This document shows, in pieces, positions 39,877 through 52,477 of a stretch of DNA of 64,000 nucleotides. Position numbers and translations under genes: made by a program. How positions within the stretch are numbered: position 1 is the stretch's first letter; each line of letters begins with the position of its first letter. The notes under the pieces were generated by a model that saw only the letters and a list, made by a program, of their open reading frames with translations, made no database searches and had not been told where the DNA came from. The DNA comes from Podarcis vaucheri (Eukaryota): NCBI GenBank assembly GCA_965113315.1, contig OZ220376.1; one strand, written 5' to 3'.

Positions 39877-40632
39877 ATAATAGTAATAATAATTTATTAT
39901 TTATACCCCGCCCATCTGGCTGGGTTTCCCCAGCCACTCTGGGTGGCTTCCAACAGAATATTAAAATACAATAACCTATTAAACATTAAAAGCTTCCCTA
40001 AACAGGGCTGCCTTCAGATGTCTTCTAAAAGTCTGGTAGTTGTTTTTCTCTTTGACATCTGGTGGGAGGGCGTTCCACAGGGAGGGTGCCACTACCGAGA
40101 AGGCCCCCTGCCTGGTTCCCTGTAGCTTGGCTTCTTGCAGCGAGGGAACTGCCAGAAGGCCCTCGGCACTGGACCTCAGTGTCCAGGTGGAACGATGGGG
40201 GTGGAGACGCTCCTTCAGGTATATCGGACCAAGGCTGTTTAGGGCTTTAAAGGTCAGCACCAAGACTTTGAATTGTGCTCAGAAACGTACTGGGAGCCAG
40301 TGTAGGTCATTCAAGACCTGTGTTATATGGTCTCGGCAGCCGCTCCCAGTCACCAGTCTAGCTGCTGCATTCTGGATTAGTTTTAGTTTCCGGGTCACCT
40401 TCAAAGGTAGCCCCACGTAGAGCACACTGCAGTAGTCCAAGCGAGAGATAACTAGAGCATGCACCACTCTGGCGAGACAGTCCACAGGCAGATAGGGTTT
40501 CAGCCTGCATACCAGATGGAGCTGGTAAACAGCTGCCCTGGACACAGAATTAACCTGCACCTGCATGGACAGCTGTGAGTCCATAATGACTCCCAGGCTG
40601 CGCACCTGGTCCTTCAGGGGCGCAGTTACCCC
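39877..40632 (-). mobile_element. L2 LINE, 3' part of the host copy
   Basis: ORFs with SRLDYC, IQNAAARL, LHWLPV; TTA-type tail. Confidence 0.93.
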
Positions 40633-41949
40633 TGGATCCCTTCCAGTCAGGATTCAGGCCTCATCATGGGACTGAAACTGCCTTGGTCGCACTGGTTGAT
40701 GATCTCCGGCAGGTTAGGGACAAAGGTGAGAGCTGTTTCCTAGTTCTGCTGGATCTCTCAGTGGCCTTTGACACCATTGACCGTAACATCCTTCTGAACC
40801 GTCTAGAGGGGCTGGGAGCTGGGGGCACTGTTATACAGTGGTTCTGCTCCTTCCTCCTGGGCCGTGTTCAGAAAGTGGTGGTGGATGAGTGTTCAGACCC
40901 CTGGGCCCTCACTTGTGGGGTGCCTCAGGGTTCTGTCCTCTCCCCCATGCTTTTCAACATCTATATGAAGCCGCTGGGAGAGATCATCAGGGGGTTTGGA
41001 CTGGGTGTTCATCAGTATGCGGATGGTACCCAGCTCTACCTCTCTTTCAAATCAGAACCAGTGAAGGCAGTGAAGGTCCTGTGTGAGTGCCTGGAGGCGG
41101 TTGGAGGTTGGATGGCGGCTAACAGATTGAGGTTGAATCCTGAGAAGACAGAAGTACTGTTTTTGGGGGACAGGAGGCGGGCAGGTGTGGAGGATTCCCT
41201 GGTCCTGAATGGGGTAACTGTGCCCCTGAAGGACCAGGTGCACAGCCTGGGAGTCATTTTGGACTCACAGCTGTCCATGGAGGCACAGGTCAAATCTGTA
41301 TCCAGGGCAGCTGTTTACCAGCTCCATCTGGTACGCAGGCTGAGACCCTATCTGCTTGCAGACTGCCTCGCCAGAGTGGTGCATGCTCTAGTTATCTCCC
41401 GCTTGGATTACTGCGATGCGCTCTACGTGGGGCTACCTTTGAAGGTGACCCGGAAACTACAACTAATCCAGAACGCGGCAGCTAGACTGGTGACTGGGAG
41501 CGGCCGCAGAGACCACATAACGCCGGTCTTGAAAGACCTACATTGGTTCCCAGTACGTTTCCGAGCACAATTCAAAGTGTTGGTGCTGACCTTTAAAGCC
41601 CTAAACGGCCTTGGTCCAGTATATCTGAAGGAGCGTCTCCACCCCCATCGTTCTACCCGGACACTGAGGTCCAGCACCGAGGGCCTTCTGGCAGTTCCCT
41701 CACTGCGAGAAGCCAAGTTGCAGGGAACCAGGCAGAGGGCCTTCTCGGTAGTGACGCCCTCCCTGTGGAACGCCCTCCCACCAGATGTCAAAGAGAACAA
41801 CAACAACCAGGCTTTTAGAAGACATCTGAAGGCAGCCCTGTTTCGGGAAACTTTTAATGTTTGATGTATTATTGTATTTTAATATTCTTTTGGAAGCCGC
41901 CCAGAGTGGCTGGGGAGGCCCAGCCAGGTGGGCGGGGTATAAATAATAA

Positions 41950-41983
<34 letters not shown>
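40633..41983 (+). mobile_element. L2 LINE, 5'-truncated insert with 393-codon RT remnant (40683-41864)
   Basis: [21 protein letters not shown] (catalytic YADD altered), LNPEKTE; (TTG)n tail. Confidence 0.95.
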
Positions 41984-41985
<2 letters not shown>

Positions 41986-42088
41986 CAGGACCAGGGAGTC
42001 CTCCACACCCGCCCGCCTCCTGTCCCCCAAAAACAGTACTTCTGTCTTGTCAGGATTCAACCTCAATCTGTTAGCCGCCATCCATCCT
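41984..42088 (-). mobile_element. L2 LINE, 5' part of the host copy
   Basis: MAANRLRLNPDKTEVLF...LVLN continues exactly into 40632. Confidence 0.9.
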
Positions 42089-43688
42089 CAACATATTCAT
42101 GGAGGATTCAACATATTCATGGAGGAGAGGACTATCGAAGGCTCCTAGCCACGATGCCTGTGCTCTGCCTCCATGGTTGAAGGCTGTTATGCTTTTGAAT
42201 ACCTGTTGCTGGAAGCTATAGAGGGGAGAGTGCTCTTGTGCTTGAAGCTCTGCTTGAAGGTTTCCCACAGGCCCCTGTTCTGGTGAGAACAGGATGCTGG
42301 ACTAGATAGGCCATTGGCCTGATCCAGTAGGCTTTTACATTCTTCGCTTTGATGCACCTTCACTTGCCTGAGGCCTTTCATCAATGGACTTCCAATGGAC
42401 TTCCTCAATCTAAAACGTGGCTTCTCTTAGCTATTGGCGACCCAACTATTGGTGTTGGCAGCATGCATAACAGAGCAGTTGCAACAGACCAAAAGTGGTG
42501 ATGGGAACAGGGTTGGAGGTGGGACTCTGTAGTCTCTCCTGGATGGATGGGATTTGGAGTTCAACCACATCTGGAGAACCACAGCGGCCCCATGCCTGGT
42601 TTAAAGCCTGCAACTTAAACTGCAGAGATGAGATTTGAGGTGGGGGTGTGAACTGGCAAGAACTCTAGGACCCCCTGCAAGGGAGAAAAGGGGGGGGGAC
42701 CCAACCTTTCTGCTTTCCACCCTGTCTTCTAAGTCAGCCTAGGTATTAAGCAGCAGAGAGGAAGTGAAGACCTTGACGTTAATCCCTTGTCAAAGAGTGG
42801 GATTCCCAATCAAAGAGATGGGGAGATCAAAGGCACCTAATCTCCCCCCTCCCTGACCACAGAGGGCTCCAGTAGGGTTCTGAGGGTTTATTTAGCTGAC
42901 AGCCCCTCCCCCCCTTGACAGGATTACTGGAGGCTGTGGGTTTATTAGAAGGTGAGGCCAACGAAAGTGGCCTGAGCTCCAACATATGACTTCTTCTCTC
43001 TGCCCACTTTGAACGTGAAGTCATAACAATCTGCTATAGGGGCAACGTTGCTGATGTTCGGTTGCTCCCAACTTCTTCTTTTCCCCCCAAGCGGAGAAGA
43101 TATATCATTTATTTACTCAGCTGGCAACTTCCCCATTCGCCCTGCTTTTTGCTGGGCTGTCAATTGTTTGTGGGGCTCTGCCTCCCTTTTCCTCATTCTT
43201 CATTCATTGCAAGTTCAAAAGGCGTCCCACGGAATAAGAAGGCACCAAATGCAGCGAGCTTTGGCTTTGATGTTCGGGAGGCTCATTTTCATTCCAAGGG
43301 CTCGAGCATTTTGGGAGGCCACTGGGTAAGGCTCACCTGACCTTCTGGAAGGTGATGGTAATGATGATTTCAGAAGGAAAGGAGAAGAAAACAACATTCT
43401 GGCTTTATACACGTTTTGTCTAAGCCGGGACCCCCTCAAATATCAAGAGTCTTTGCAATCAGTCATCCTCCCCTCTGTTTCTGATATCCATGTTCAGATG
43501 GCCACATCCAGGAGGCAAAAATGGCACCACCCACCCAAACACATAGCTGGTGGAGGTGGAAGCATCAACAGCCTCAGGGGGAAACCCTATGTTTTGCAGA
43601 GGTACAATTAAAAGGGGGGACACTCCAAAACTGCCCAGTTAAAAACTGTGTGATCAGGCACCACAGACTGCTGACTGCTATTTTGTTG

Positions 43689-44293
43689 TTGTTTTACCTG
43701 TCACATTTATATCTCACTTTTCCCTCAAGGGAAAGGGACGTGGGTGGCGCTGTGGGTTAAACCACAGAGTCTAGGGCTTGCCGATCAGAAGGTCAGCGGT
43801 TCGAATCCCCACGACGGAGTGTGAGCTCCCGTTGTTCAGTCCCTGCTCCTGCCAACCCAACAGTTTGAAAGCACATCAAAGTGCAAGTAGATAAATAGGT
43901 ACCGCTCCGGTGGGAAGGTAAACGGCGTTTCCGTGCGCTGCTCTGGTTCGCCAGAAGCGACTTAGTTATGCTGGCCACATGACCCGGAATCTGTATGCCA
44001 GCTCCCTCGGCCAATAAAGCGAGATGAGCATGACAACCCCAGAGTCGGCCACGACAGGACTTAATGGTCAGGGGTCCCTTTACCTTTACCTTTCCTTCAA
44101 GGAGCTCAGGTGGCACACATGGTTCTCTCCCTCCCCGTTTTATTCCTCACAACAGCCCTGTGAAGTAGGTTAGGCGAAGAGCCAGTAACTGGCCCAAGGT
44201 CATCCAATGAGCTTCATGGCCGATTGGGAATTTGAACCCTGGTCTCCCAGGTCCTAGTCCAACACTCTAATCACTACACCACACTGGCTCTCT
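43689..44293 (-). mobile_element. Squam3-like CORE SINE interrupted by a Sauria SINE
   Basis: CCCAAGGTCA core and tRNA head at 44190-44293. Confidence 0.75.
43735..44090 (+). mobile_element. Sauria SINE, full length
   Basis: GGGACG...GGTTCGAATCC head, (TTTACC)n tail, TSD TTTCC(C/T)TCAAGG at 43719-43730 and 44091-44102. Confidence 0.93.
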
Positions 44294-44944
44294 TTAGCAT
44301 CACCCAGCGGAACAGCAACAATGCAAGAAACCAGCCAAATAATGGGCTGTTGATTTCACATTAATATTTGAAAAATATTTTTCCCCTGTTCCACTCTCAT
44401 CCTCTGCATTTGGTTCATACTGCCTTCTCCTTCACCAACGAATTCCTCATTCCGTTGCCTACTCTGAACCATTCCTGAAGCAACTTTGCCTCATGGATCT
44501 CTTGACTCCCAGCACCCATCTTTTCCAGGATCACTGTCCTTTGCCTGAGCCACAAAGCTGCTCTTGCCTCTGCAAATTTTTAATCTCAGCCAGACCAACA
44601 ATAGTCTCTTCCCTCATAGTTACTGGACTGTGGGGATTGTCAGCTTTGTTCCTTGAACGCTTAGAATGTTTGTGAACACCTTATCATCACAGAAGCTCAG
44701 CCAATCAGTGTAAAGGTTTCACGACCAACAGCATAGTACACTATTTTTTTTACTTTCAGTATCTGGCTATATGAGAATTTTAATTGCAATCAATTATCTT
44801 TTATCAGAATTTATTTACTGGTCCTAAAATGTCTATCCTACTTCCCCCCGCCAATGGAGATGCTTAAGGTGGTTAACCCTATATAGCAAACAAACAACTT
44901 CAAAAGTAAAAAGAAGGCACAATCCCCATTCCTGAAACAATCAT

Positions 44945-45397
44945 ATTATTATTAGTATTAAAATGTATACATTGCTCTTCATCATAGGATCAAAGGGCAG
45001 TTTACAGCTTAAAAACACAGAAACACCTAACACATTAACAAACAAAAACAATAATCCTCAACACCACCACAGTTTAAAAGGCATAGATTGTTTAATCAGC
45101 CAAATGCCTGACTGAAGAACAATGGCACCTAAAGATATGTAATGAAGGCGCCTAGCGAGCCTCCCTGGGGAGAGCATTCCACAAACTGGGAGCCACCACA
45201 GAAAAAGCCTGTTCTCAGGTTGCTGCGCTCCAGACATCTTGTGCAGGGGGCACACGAAGAAGGGCATCCTCTGAAGGCAGGGTCCAGGTCAGTTCATATG
45301 GGGTCCTTGGCTGTTTAAGGCTTTATAGGTCAAATCCAGCACTTTGAACTGGGCCTGAAACTAACTGGCAGCCAGTGCAGTAGGACCAGGATTGGTG
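44945..45397 (-). mobile_element. Older L2-type 3' fragment
   Basis: Decayed TPIL..LHWLPVSF..QFK remnant on the minus strand; AT-rich tail. Confidence 0.7.
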
Positions 45398-45494
45398 CCA
45401 TTTGCTAATATCCCATCCTCCTCCTATTGCTGTTGGTCTGCTGACCAACAGCAATAGGAGGAGGAAGGATGGGATATTAGCAAATGGAACCAAT
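45391..45494. repeat. Near-perfect inverted repeat (hairpin)
   Basis: 48/52-nt arms, loop TGCT, one mismatch and one 4-nt bulge. Confidence 0.95.
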
Positions 45495-45642
45495 TATGCT
45501 TTATTCAGGTCAAGGGGACTTAGTCCCACACAAGTGTGTTTAGGATTGCAGCCTCAATACCAGTTTTGGTATTGCTAAAAATGATCACTAGGTGGCGGTA
45601 GAGTCACACTTCTCTGTATAGGAGAAGGTGAGGACCAATCTT

Positions 45643-48600
45643 AGAATCATAGAATCATAGAATCATAGAATCATAGAGTTGGAAGAGACCACAAGGGCCA
45701 TCGAGTCCAACCCCCTGCCAAGCAGGAAACACCATCAGAGCACTCCTGACATATGGTTGTCAAGCCTCTGCTTAAAGACCTCCAAAGTAGGAGACTCCAC
45801 CACACTCCTTGGCAGCAAATTCCACTGTCGAACAGCTCTTACTGTCAGGAAGTTCTTCCTAATGTTTAGGTGGAATCTTCTTTCTTGTAGTTTGGATCCA
45901 TTGCTCCGTGTCCGCTTCTCTGGAGCAGTAGAAAACAACCTTTCTCCCTCCTCTATGTGACATCCTTTTATATATTTGAACATGGCTATCATATCACCCC
46001 TTAACCTCCTCTTCTCCAGGCTAAACATGCCCAGCTCCCTTAGCCGTTCCTCATAAGGCATCGTTTCCAGGCCTTTGACCATTTTGGTTGCCCTCTTCTG
46101 GACACGTTCCAGTTTGTCAGTGTCCTTCTTGAATTGTGGTGCCCAGAACTGGACACAGTACTCCAGGTGTGGTCTGACCAGAGCAGAATACAGTGGCACT
46201 ATTACTTCCCTTGATCTAGATGCTATACTCCTATTGATGCAGCCCAGAATTGCATTGGCTTTTTTAGCTGCCGCGTCACACTGTTGGCTCATGTCAAGTT
46301 TGTGGTCAACCAAGACTCCTAGATCCTTTTCACATGTACTGCTCTCAAGCCAGGTGTCACCCATCTTGTATTTGTGCCTCTCATTTTTTTTGCCCAAGTG
46401 CAATACTTTACATTTCTCCCTGTTAAAATTCATCTTGTTTGTTTTTGCCCAGTTCTCTAATCTGTCAAGGTCGTTTTGAAGTGTGATCCTGTCCTCTGGG
46501 GTGTTAGCCACCCCTCCCAGTTTGGTGTCATCTGCAAATTTGATCAGGATGCCCTTGAGTCCATCATCCAAGTCGTTGATAAAGATGTTGAATAAGACCG
46601 GGCCCAAGACAGAACCCTGTGGCACCCCACTAGTCACTCTTCTCCAGGATGAAGAGGAACCATTGATGAGCACCCTTTGGGTTCGGTCAGTCAGCCAGTT
46701 ACAAATCCACTGAGTGGTAGCATAGTCAAGACCGCATTTTACCAGCTTCTTTACAAGAATATCATGGGGCACCTTGTCAAATGCTTTGCTGAAATCAAGG
46801 TAGGCTACATCCACTGCGTTCCCTTCATCTACCAGGCTTGTAATTCTGTCAAAAAACGAGATCAGGTTAGTCTGACATGACTTATTTTTCAGAAATCCAT
46901 GCTGACTATTGGTGATCATAGCATTCCTTTCTAGGTGCTCACAGACTGTTTGCTTAATGATCTGCTCCAGAATCTTCCCTGCTATTGATGTCAGACTGAC
47001 TGGGCGGTAATTATTTGGGTCCTCTCTTTTCCCCTTTTTGAAAATAGGGACAACATTTGCCCTCCTCCAGTCTGCCGGGACTTCGCCTGTTCTCCAGGAA
47101 TTCTCAAAGATGACTGCCAGTGGTTCTGAGATCACATCTGCCAGTTCTTTTAATACTCTTGGATGCAGTTCATCTGGCCCTGGAGACTTGAATACATCTA
47201 ATCTAGCCAAATATTCTTGTACTATCTCCTTAGTTATTCTGGGCTGTGTTTCCTTTGCTGAATCATTTGCTTCAAATTCTTCAGGTCGGGCATTGTCTTC
47301 TTTATCGGAGAAGACTGAGGCAAAGAAGGCATTGAGGAGTTCAGCCCTTTCTGTGTCCCCTGTTTGCATTTCACCATCTTCTCCTCTGAGTGACCCCACT
47401 GTTTCTTTGTTCTTCCTTTTGCTACGAACATACCCATAAAAGCCTTTTTTGTTGCTTTTAACCTCTCTAGCAAGCCTGAGTTCATTCTGTGCTTTAGCTT
47501 TTCTGACTTTGTGTCTACACGTGCTGGCTATTTGTTTGAATTCCTCTTTGGTGGTTTCCCCCCTTTTCCATTTTTTGTACACATCCTTTTTTAATCTTAA
47601 TTCAGTTAAAAGTTCTTTAGATAGCCACCCTGGTTTCTTTAGGCACCTTCCATGTTTTCGTCTCATTGGTATTGCCTGACGTTGTGCTTTTACTATCTCC
47701 GTCTTAACAAACTCCCAGCCATCATGAACTCCCTTTCCTTTTAGTATTGCTGTCCATGGGATCTCACCCAGCACTTCCCTAAGTTTTATGAAGTCGGCTT
47801 TCTTAAAGTCAAGAAATTGAGTCCTAGTATGCTTGGCTGCTACTTTCCGCTGTATAGTAAACTTCAGAAGAGCATGATCACTCGCGCCTAATGATCCTTC
47901 CACATCTACCCCACTAACCAGGTCATCAACATTGGTTAGGACCAGGTCTAAAATGGCTGTTCCTCTTGTTGCTTCTCCCACTTTCTGGACAATGAAGTTG
48001 TCTGCAAGGCCAGTGAGGAATCTGTTTGACCTTATGCTCTTGGCTGAGTTTGACGTCCAACAAATATCCGGGTAATTGAAGTCCCCCATTACTACTATCT
48101 CCCTTCCTTTTGCATGCTTGGCCATCTGTTCCAGGAAGGCATCATCTATGTCCTCCGTTTGGCTTGGGGATCTATAGTAAACTCCCACAATGAGGTCTCT
48201 GTTATTCTTCTCTCCCTTAATTTTGACCCAAATGCTCTCACTTTGGCTTTGAGGTTCTAAATCTTGGATCTCTTCACAGGTATACACACCCCTGACATAT
48301 AACGCCACTCCTCCTCCTTTCTTGTCTGGTCTGTTTCTCTGAAATAGATTGTATCCCTCCATTATTACATTCCAATCGTGGGACTTATCCCACCAGGTTT
48401 CAGTGATGCCTATTATGTCATATTTAGTTTGCTGTACCAAGAGCTCAAGCTCATCTTGTTTATTTCCCATGCTTTGCGCATTAGTGTACAGACATTGAAG
48501 TCCATTAATCATTCCCCCGTGTCTCTTATTTAAGGATTTTTTCCTCCCTCCACTAGGTCCGCGTGCTGTTTGCTCCATTTGGTCTATGACATTTGGATGA

Positions 48601-48700
48601 TCATCTTCATTAATTGATAGACTCCTACCTTCAGGAGCACTGTCTCCCTCCCCCACATTAGTCAGTTTAAAGCCCTCCTGATGAGGTTTCTGAGATTTTT
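45643..48700 (-). mobile_element. CR1 LINE, 5'-truncated at the end of ORF1
   Basis: (ATTCTATG)n tail, short 3'UTR, ORF1 C-terminus [12 protein letters not shown]. Confidence 0.97.
45735..48656 (-). CDS. CR1 ORF2: APE endonuclease + reverse transcriptase, uninterrupted
   Basis: YTNA, ITETWW, GDFN, SDH endonuclease motifs; [31 protein letters not shown] motifs; GTG start, first ATG at 48578. Confidence 0.96.
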   Translation of the reverse strand: MGEGDSAPEGRSLSINEDDHPNVIDQMEQTARGPSGGRKKSLNKRHGGMINGLQCLYTNAQSMGNKQDELELLVQQTKYDIIGITETWWDKSHDWNVIMEGYNLFQRNRPDKKGGGVALYVRGVYTCEEIQDLEPQSQSESIWVKIKGEKNNRDLIVGVYYRSPSQTEDIDDAFLEQMAKHAKGREIVVMGDFNYPDICWTSNSAKSIRSNRFLTGLADNFIVQKVGEATRGTAILDLVLTNVDDLVSGVDVEGSLGASDHALLKFTIQRKVAAKHTRTQFLDFKKADFIKLREVLGEIPWTAILKGKGVHDGWEFVKTEIVKAQRQAIPMRRKHGRCLKKPGWLSKELLTELRLKKDVYKKWKRGETTKEEFKQIASTCRHKVRKAKAQNELRLAREVKSNKKGFYGYVRSKRKNKETVGSLRGEDGEMQTGDTERAELLNAFFASVFSDKEDNARPEEFEANDSAKETQPRITKEIVQEYLARLDVFKSPGPDELHPRVLKELADVISEPLAVIFENSWRTGEVPADWRRANVVPIFKKGKREDPNNYRPVSLTSIAGKILEQIIKQTVCEHLERNAMITNSQHGFLKNKSCQTNLISFFDRITSLVDEGNAVDVAYLDFSKAFDKVPHDILVKKLVKCGLDYATTQWICNWLTDRTQRVLINGSSSSWRRVTSGVPQGSVLGPVLFNIFINDLDDGLKGILIKFADDTKLGGVANTPEDRITLQNDLDRLENWAKTNKMNFNREKCKVLHLGKKNERHKYKMGDTWLESSTCEKDLGVLVDHKLDMSQQCDAAAKKANAILGCINRSIASRSREVIVPLYSALVRPHLEYCVQFWAPQFKKDTDKLERVQKRATKMVKGLETMPYEERLRELGMFSLEKRRLRGDMIAMFKYIKGCHIEEGERLFSTAPEKRTRSNGSKLQERRFHLNIRKNFLTVRAVRQWNLLPRSVVESPTLEVFKQRLDNHMSGVL

Positions 48701-49669
48701 TAAGAGACTATGGAGAAGAAATCATCCCCCTCCATTGACTTTGTAAGCAAATGACTGTCAGGATGCATAATGGAATCTGCCAGATTGCCCCCAAACACTC
48801 TGAAACATTCCCCTTTCCTAGGGGCCTGATCCTGGTGAGCCTCCTGGACTGTGACTCCTTTAGCCACCACTGGCCATCTGGGAATCGGACTTAAATGACC
48901 CATGGAGGTCTCCCTTCCCTTGCAAACCTCACTGCCTTTATAATCACCACAGGCAACACATTATGCAAATACTCATTTAATACATGCATTGTCCTCAATT
49001 TGAACAAATTCCCTTGATTTGCACAATGTATTTTGAGCCCCGTTTTGCATAATTATGATTGCAGGTGACCAGAACTGGTAGTGGAGAAGGAAGAAGAGAG
49101 GTACAGCAAAACGTGGAATATTTAATTAGTATTGTCAAGTAAACAGAGGCCACGAAGAAGAGAGATGTAGTTTGGCCAAGCTCAGAGGTCACTGCAAAAT
49201 CTTGCCAACGCTGACTCTGGGTTTTCAAATCTGTCTACACATCCATAAGAACCAAACATCTTTTATTTATACAAAATAGAAGTTGTGGTGCACTTCCCAT
49301 ACTCACCCCTCCTCCCCCCCAAAAAAATCATCCAGAAGATGGCCAACTCTGATTATAGGTCTGAGTCTGCGGTTATTATAGATTGGCCTGCCATGACTGC
49401 TTTACAGGCTGAAATGAGCAACACACCATTTAGAGTTAATTATAGGTAGAATTCATTGGGCTGTCAGCAGTCCTTCCAATTTTATTAATTGGCGAGCCAG
49501 GCTTTCTCTTAAAGGTCTGTCTGTGCCAGCTTTCCACAACCCACGTTTTGAACTACAACTCCCATCATTCCCAGCCAGCACAGGAAATCAGATCAGGAGA
49601 TTAGGTTGCAGGGTCTTGCGGGCGAAAGCCGGTCCACAGGACAGAGGCTAGCTGCTCCTGCTCTATAAC

Positions 49670-50520
49670 CCCTCTGCAGTGCCACAAATCCAACTCAATG
49701 GTGTAACGTTGGAAAATGTTGATCACTTCTCCTACCTAGGCAGTTATCTTTCCACAAGGGCCAACAATGATGCCAAAATCCAGCATCGTCTGAGCTCTGC
49801 AAGTGCAGCTTTCTCGCGACTGAAGTGCAGAGTGTTTGAGGACCGGGACATTGGCAGGGAAACCAAAATGCTTGTTTACAAAGCTATTGTATTACCAACC
49901 TTACTGTATGCTTGTGAAAGATGGACCACTTATAAATGCCATCTCTAACTCCTTGAAAGATTCCATCAATGGTGTCTCTGAAAAAAAATTACACTTGGGA
50001 AGACAGGCGAACTAATATCAGTGTGCTGGAAGAAGCAAAGATCTCCAGTGTTGAAGCAATGATTCTTCAACATCAGCTTCGTTGGACTGGTCATGTTGTG
50101 CAGATGCCTGATGATCGTCTTCTAAAGCAACTACTCTATTCTGAACTTAATAATGGAAAGCGTAATGCTGGTGGTCAACAAAAGAGGTTTAAAGACTGTC
50201 TCAAGGCAAATCTTAAAAAATGTAGTATAAACACTGACAACTGGGAAACACTGGCCTGTGAGCCAGTTGGAGAACAGCCTTTACCAAAGTCATGGGCTTT
50301 GAAGACACTCAAATTCAGGACGCAAGGGAGAAACGTACTAAGAGGAAGGCACGCTTGGCAAATCCACACCGTGATCAACTCCCGCCCGGAAACCAATGTC
50401 CCCACTGTAGAAGGACGTGTGGATCCAGAATTGGCCTCCACAGTCACTTACGGACTCGACTCATTGTTAAAACTGTGTTTATGGAAGACAATCTTACTCA
50501 GCTACAAGTGATCGCCAAAG
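49670..50520 (+). mobile_element. Degenerate RTE-1-like LINE 3' fragment
   Basis: F.YLGS, QLRWTGHV, RFKD.LK and C-terminal CPHC..H..L zinc finger remnant over three frames. Confidence 0.88.
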
Positions 50521-52434
50521 ATACTATATTAGTTTAAAACAGGCTCAAAGCTGAGTACCAGTAATCAACACAACTCCCAATCCAGGAGCTCTGGGTGTTG
50601 TATTTCTGCGATGATCTAAGGATCTTTGGACAGAATTCACAGCTTAGTGGTTTAACCATCAACCCCTCTTCCCAGGGAACTCTGGGAATTATAACTCACT
50701 TAGGGGAATAGGGCATAGGGTTGCCATATTTTGAAGAGCAAAAGAGAGGACACATTTGCCGACTTCTACTTTTAACTATAGATCGCTGTGATGACACTCA
50801 TTTTACATACCCCTGAAAAAGAGGATGTGTTCTGGAAAAAGAGGACATATGGCAATCCTAAATAAAGGCCCCATCACAACTCTCAGCTCCCTAAACAAAC
50901 TACTGCTCCTATAATTTTTGGGGACAAACCATGACTGTTCAAAGTAGCATCATAGCGCTTTAAATGTATGGTGTGGGCTTTGCAATTTTGTGGGTACAGA
51001 AGAATCAGGCACACAAAGGCTTGATCAGGTGCTGAAGATTCCTGTGTGCTCTCATGAGAACAGGCATCAAGTCATGACTATGTTGTCATGTGTTTGTTCT
51101 CTAGGAAGGCCACAAAAATGAACCAGATAGCAGATAAGAGCATTTTAATATATGATGCCTAAGTGTTTTTAGGGTTGATAGCAAGCTCTGTGCTACCCAG
51201 ATACATGCTTTTGCCTGGGATGATCTGCACCATTTTGCTGCCTAGCTAAAATGGGCAGAATATCAAATTGATATGCCAAAGGTTCAGTTCTTCTGTATTA
51301 CCCACCCACTTCGTTCAAACCATGCTTGGGAAGGACAGCTGTGGACCCCGCTATATACCTGATGATGCAATTAGGCATGCACCCCTAGCTCTGCAAGCTT
51401 CTTCTGCTTCCCCCAGAAACAGGGATGTGGCTGAAAGGATCCAACTTACTCTGGGCACAGAGGGCATTCACACAACCACTTGATCAAGCATTAGTCCGAT
51501 GTAGATAGTGTCTCAGACTCACAAGACTATACAAGGCGATTGTCCCAAGCCAGATCTATACCCTTGTGCATTAAGCACAAGGACAAGCGTGGTTGGCTGG
51601 AGAGCATAATAACTTAATTGCAGAAGCAAAAGTTCAATCCCATTCTCATTACAGTTTCCTGTCTTCTCTGCCTTTTGCCTCAAACCTCTTCCTACTTCAC
51701 TTACTTTTTCTGTGTATTACTGCTCCCTGATCCACCACACACTTCCTTCAACCACAGGAAGGAACAGGGGAAGCTGCCTCCTACTGAGACAGACAATTGG
51801 TCTAAGTTCAGTACTGTCTACACTGACTGGCAGTGGCTTTCCAGGTTTTCCCAGCCCTACCTGGAGATGGTGGGGAAGGAACCTAGGGCCACCTGAATGC
51901 AAAGCAGATGCTATATGGACCTTCCCCTAGAACCTTAGGCTAAGACCATAAAGTTATTCTGCAGGTTCGTGGCAGAGATGACCTCTGAAACTATCTTGTC
52001 CTCGGGCTGCTTACCCTTTAGTTTCCCCACCTCCTGAGTTTCCTTCCAAAGCTTCCAGTCCTTAATACTGTCCCTTTCAGTCCATGGGAAGTTTCAGCCC
52101 CAGTCAAACTGCCAATGTTCCCTGCCTTCAGCGAAACTGGACAGCAGCTAATCTGTTTCAGAAGCTTCACTGTCACAAGTACAATGCTACATAGATATCC
52201 CCTTGAGAGGAAGCCAGAGATGGTATCTGGAAGAGGGGAAGGGATGTAGGGAGGAAAGTTACTTTGATGAGCAGCCAACTTAACCCTTGCTTTCCAGGCC
52301 AAGAGCCAAAGGGATTCTTATTGCAAAGATGTCTATAACATATGCCTGATGTCTCTGAAGGCTTACTAACTTTGCAATAATGGTTGCAAAACTTGGCTTC
52401 TCTGCTGGGTATTTAAAATGACAAAGACGAGGGG

Positions 52435-52438
<4 letters not shown>

Positions 52439-52474
<36 letters not shown>
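52439..52474. repeat. (GA)n microsatellite
   Basis: Direct reading. Confidence 0.95.

Positions 52475-52477
<3 letters not shown>

Noticed and set aside
40683-41864. Functional or domesticated reverse transcriptase gene
   Set aside because: 5'-truncated, TTG start, catalytic YADD is YADG
39877-42088. Twin-priming inversion of a single L2
   Set aside because: Both orientations carry their own 3' end and tail, overlap in content and differ in sequence, so two insertions
46075-47679. Plus-strand ORFs overlapping the CR1
   Set aside because: Antisense shadows of CR1 ORF2
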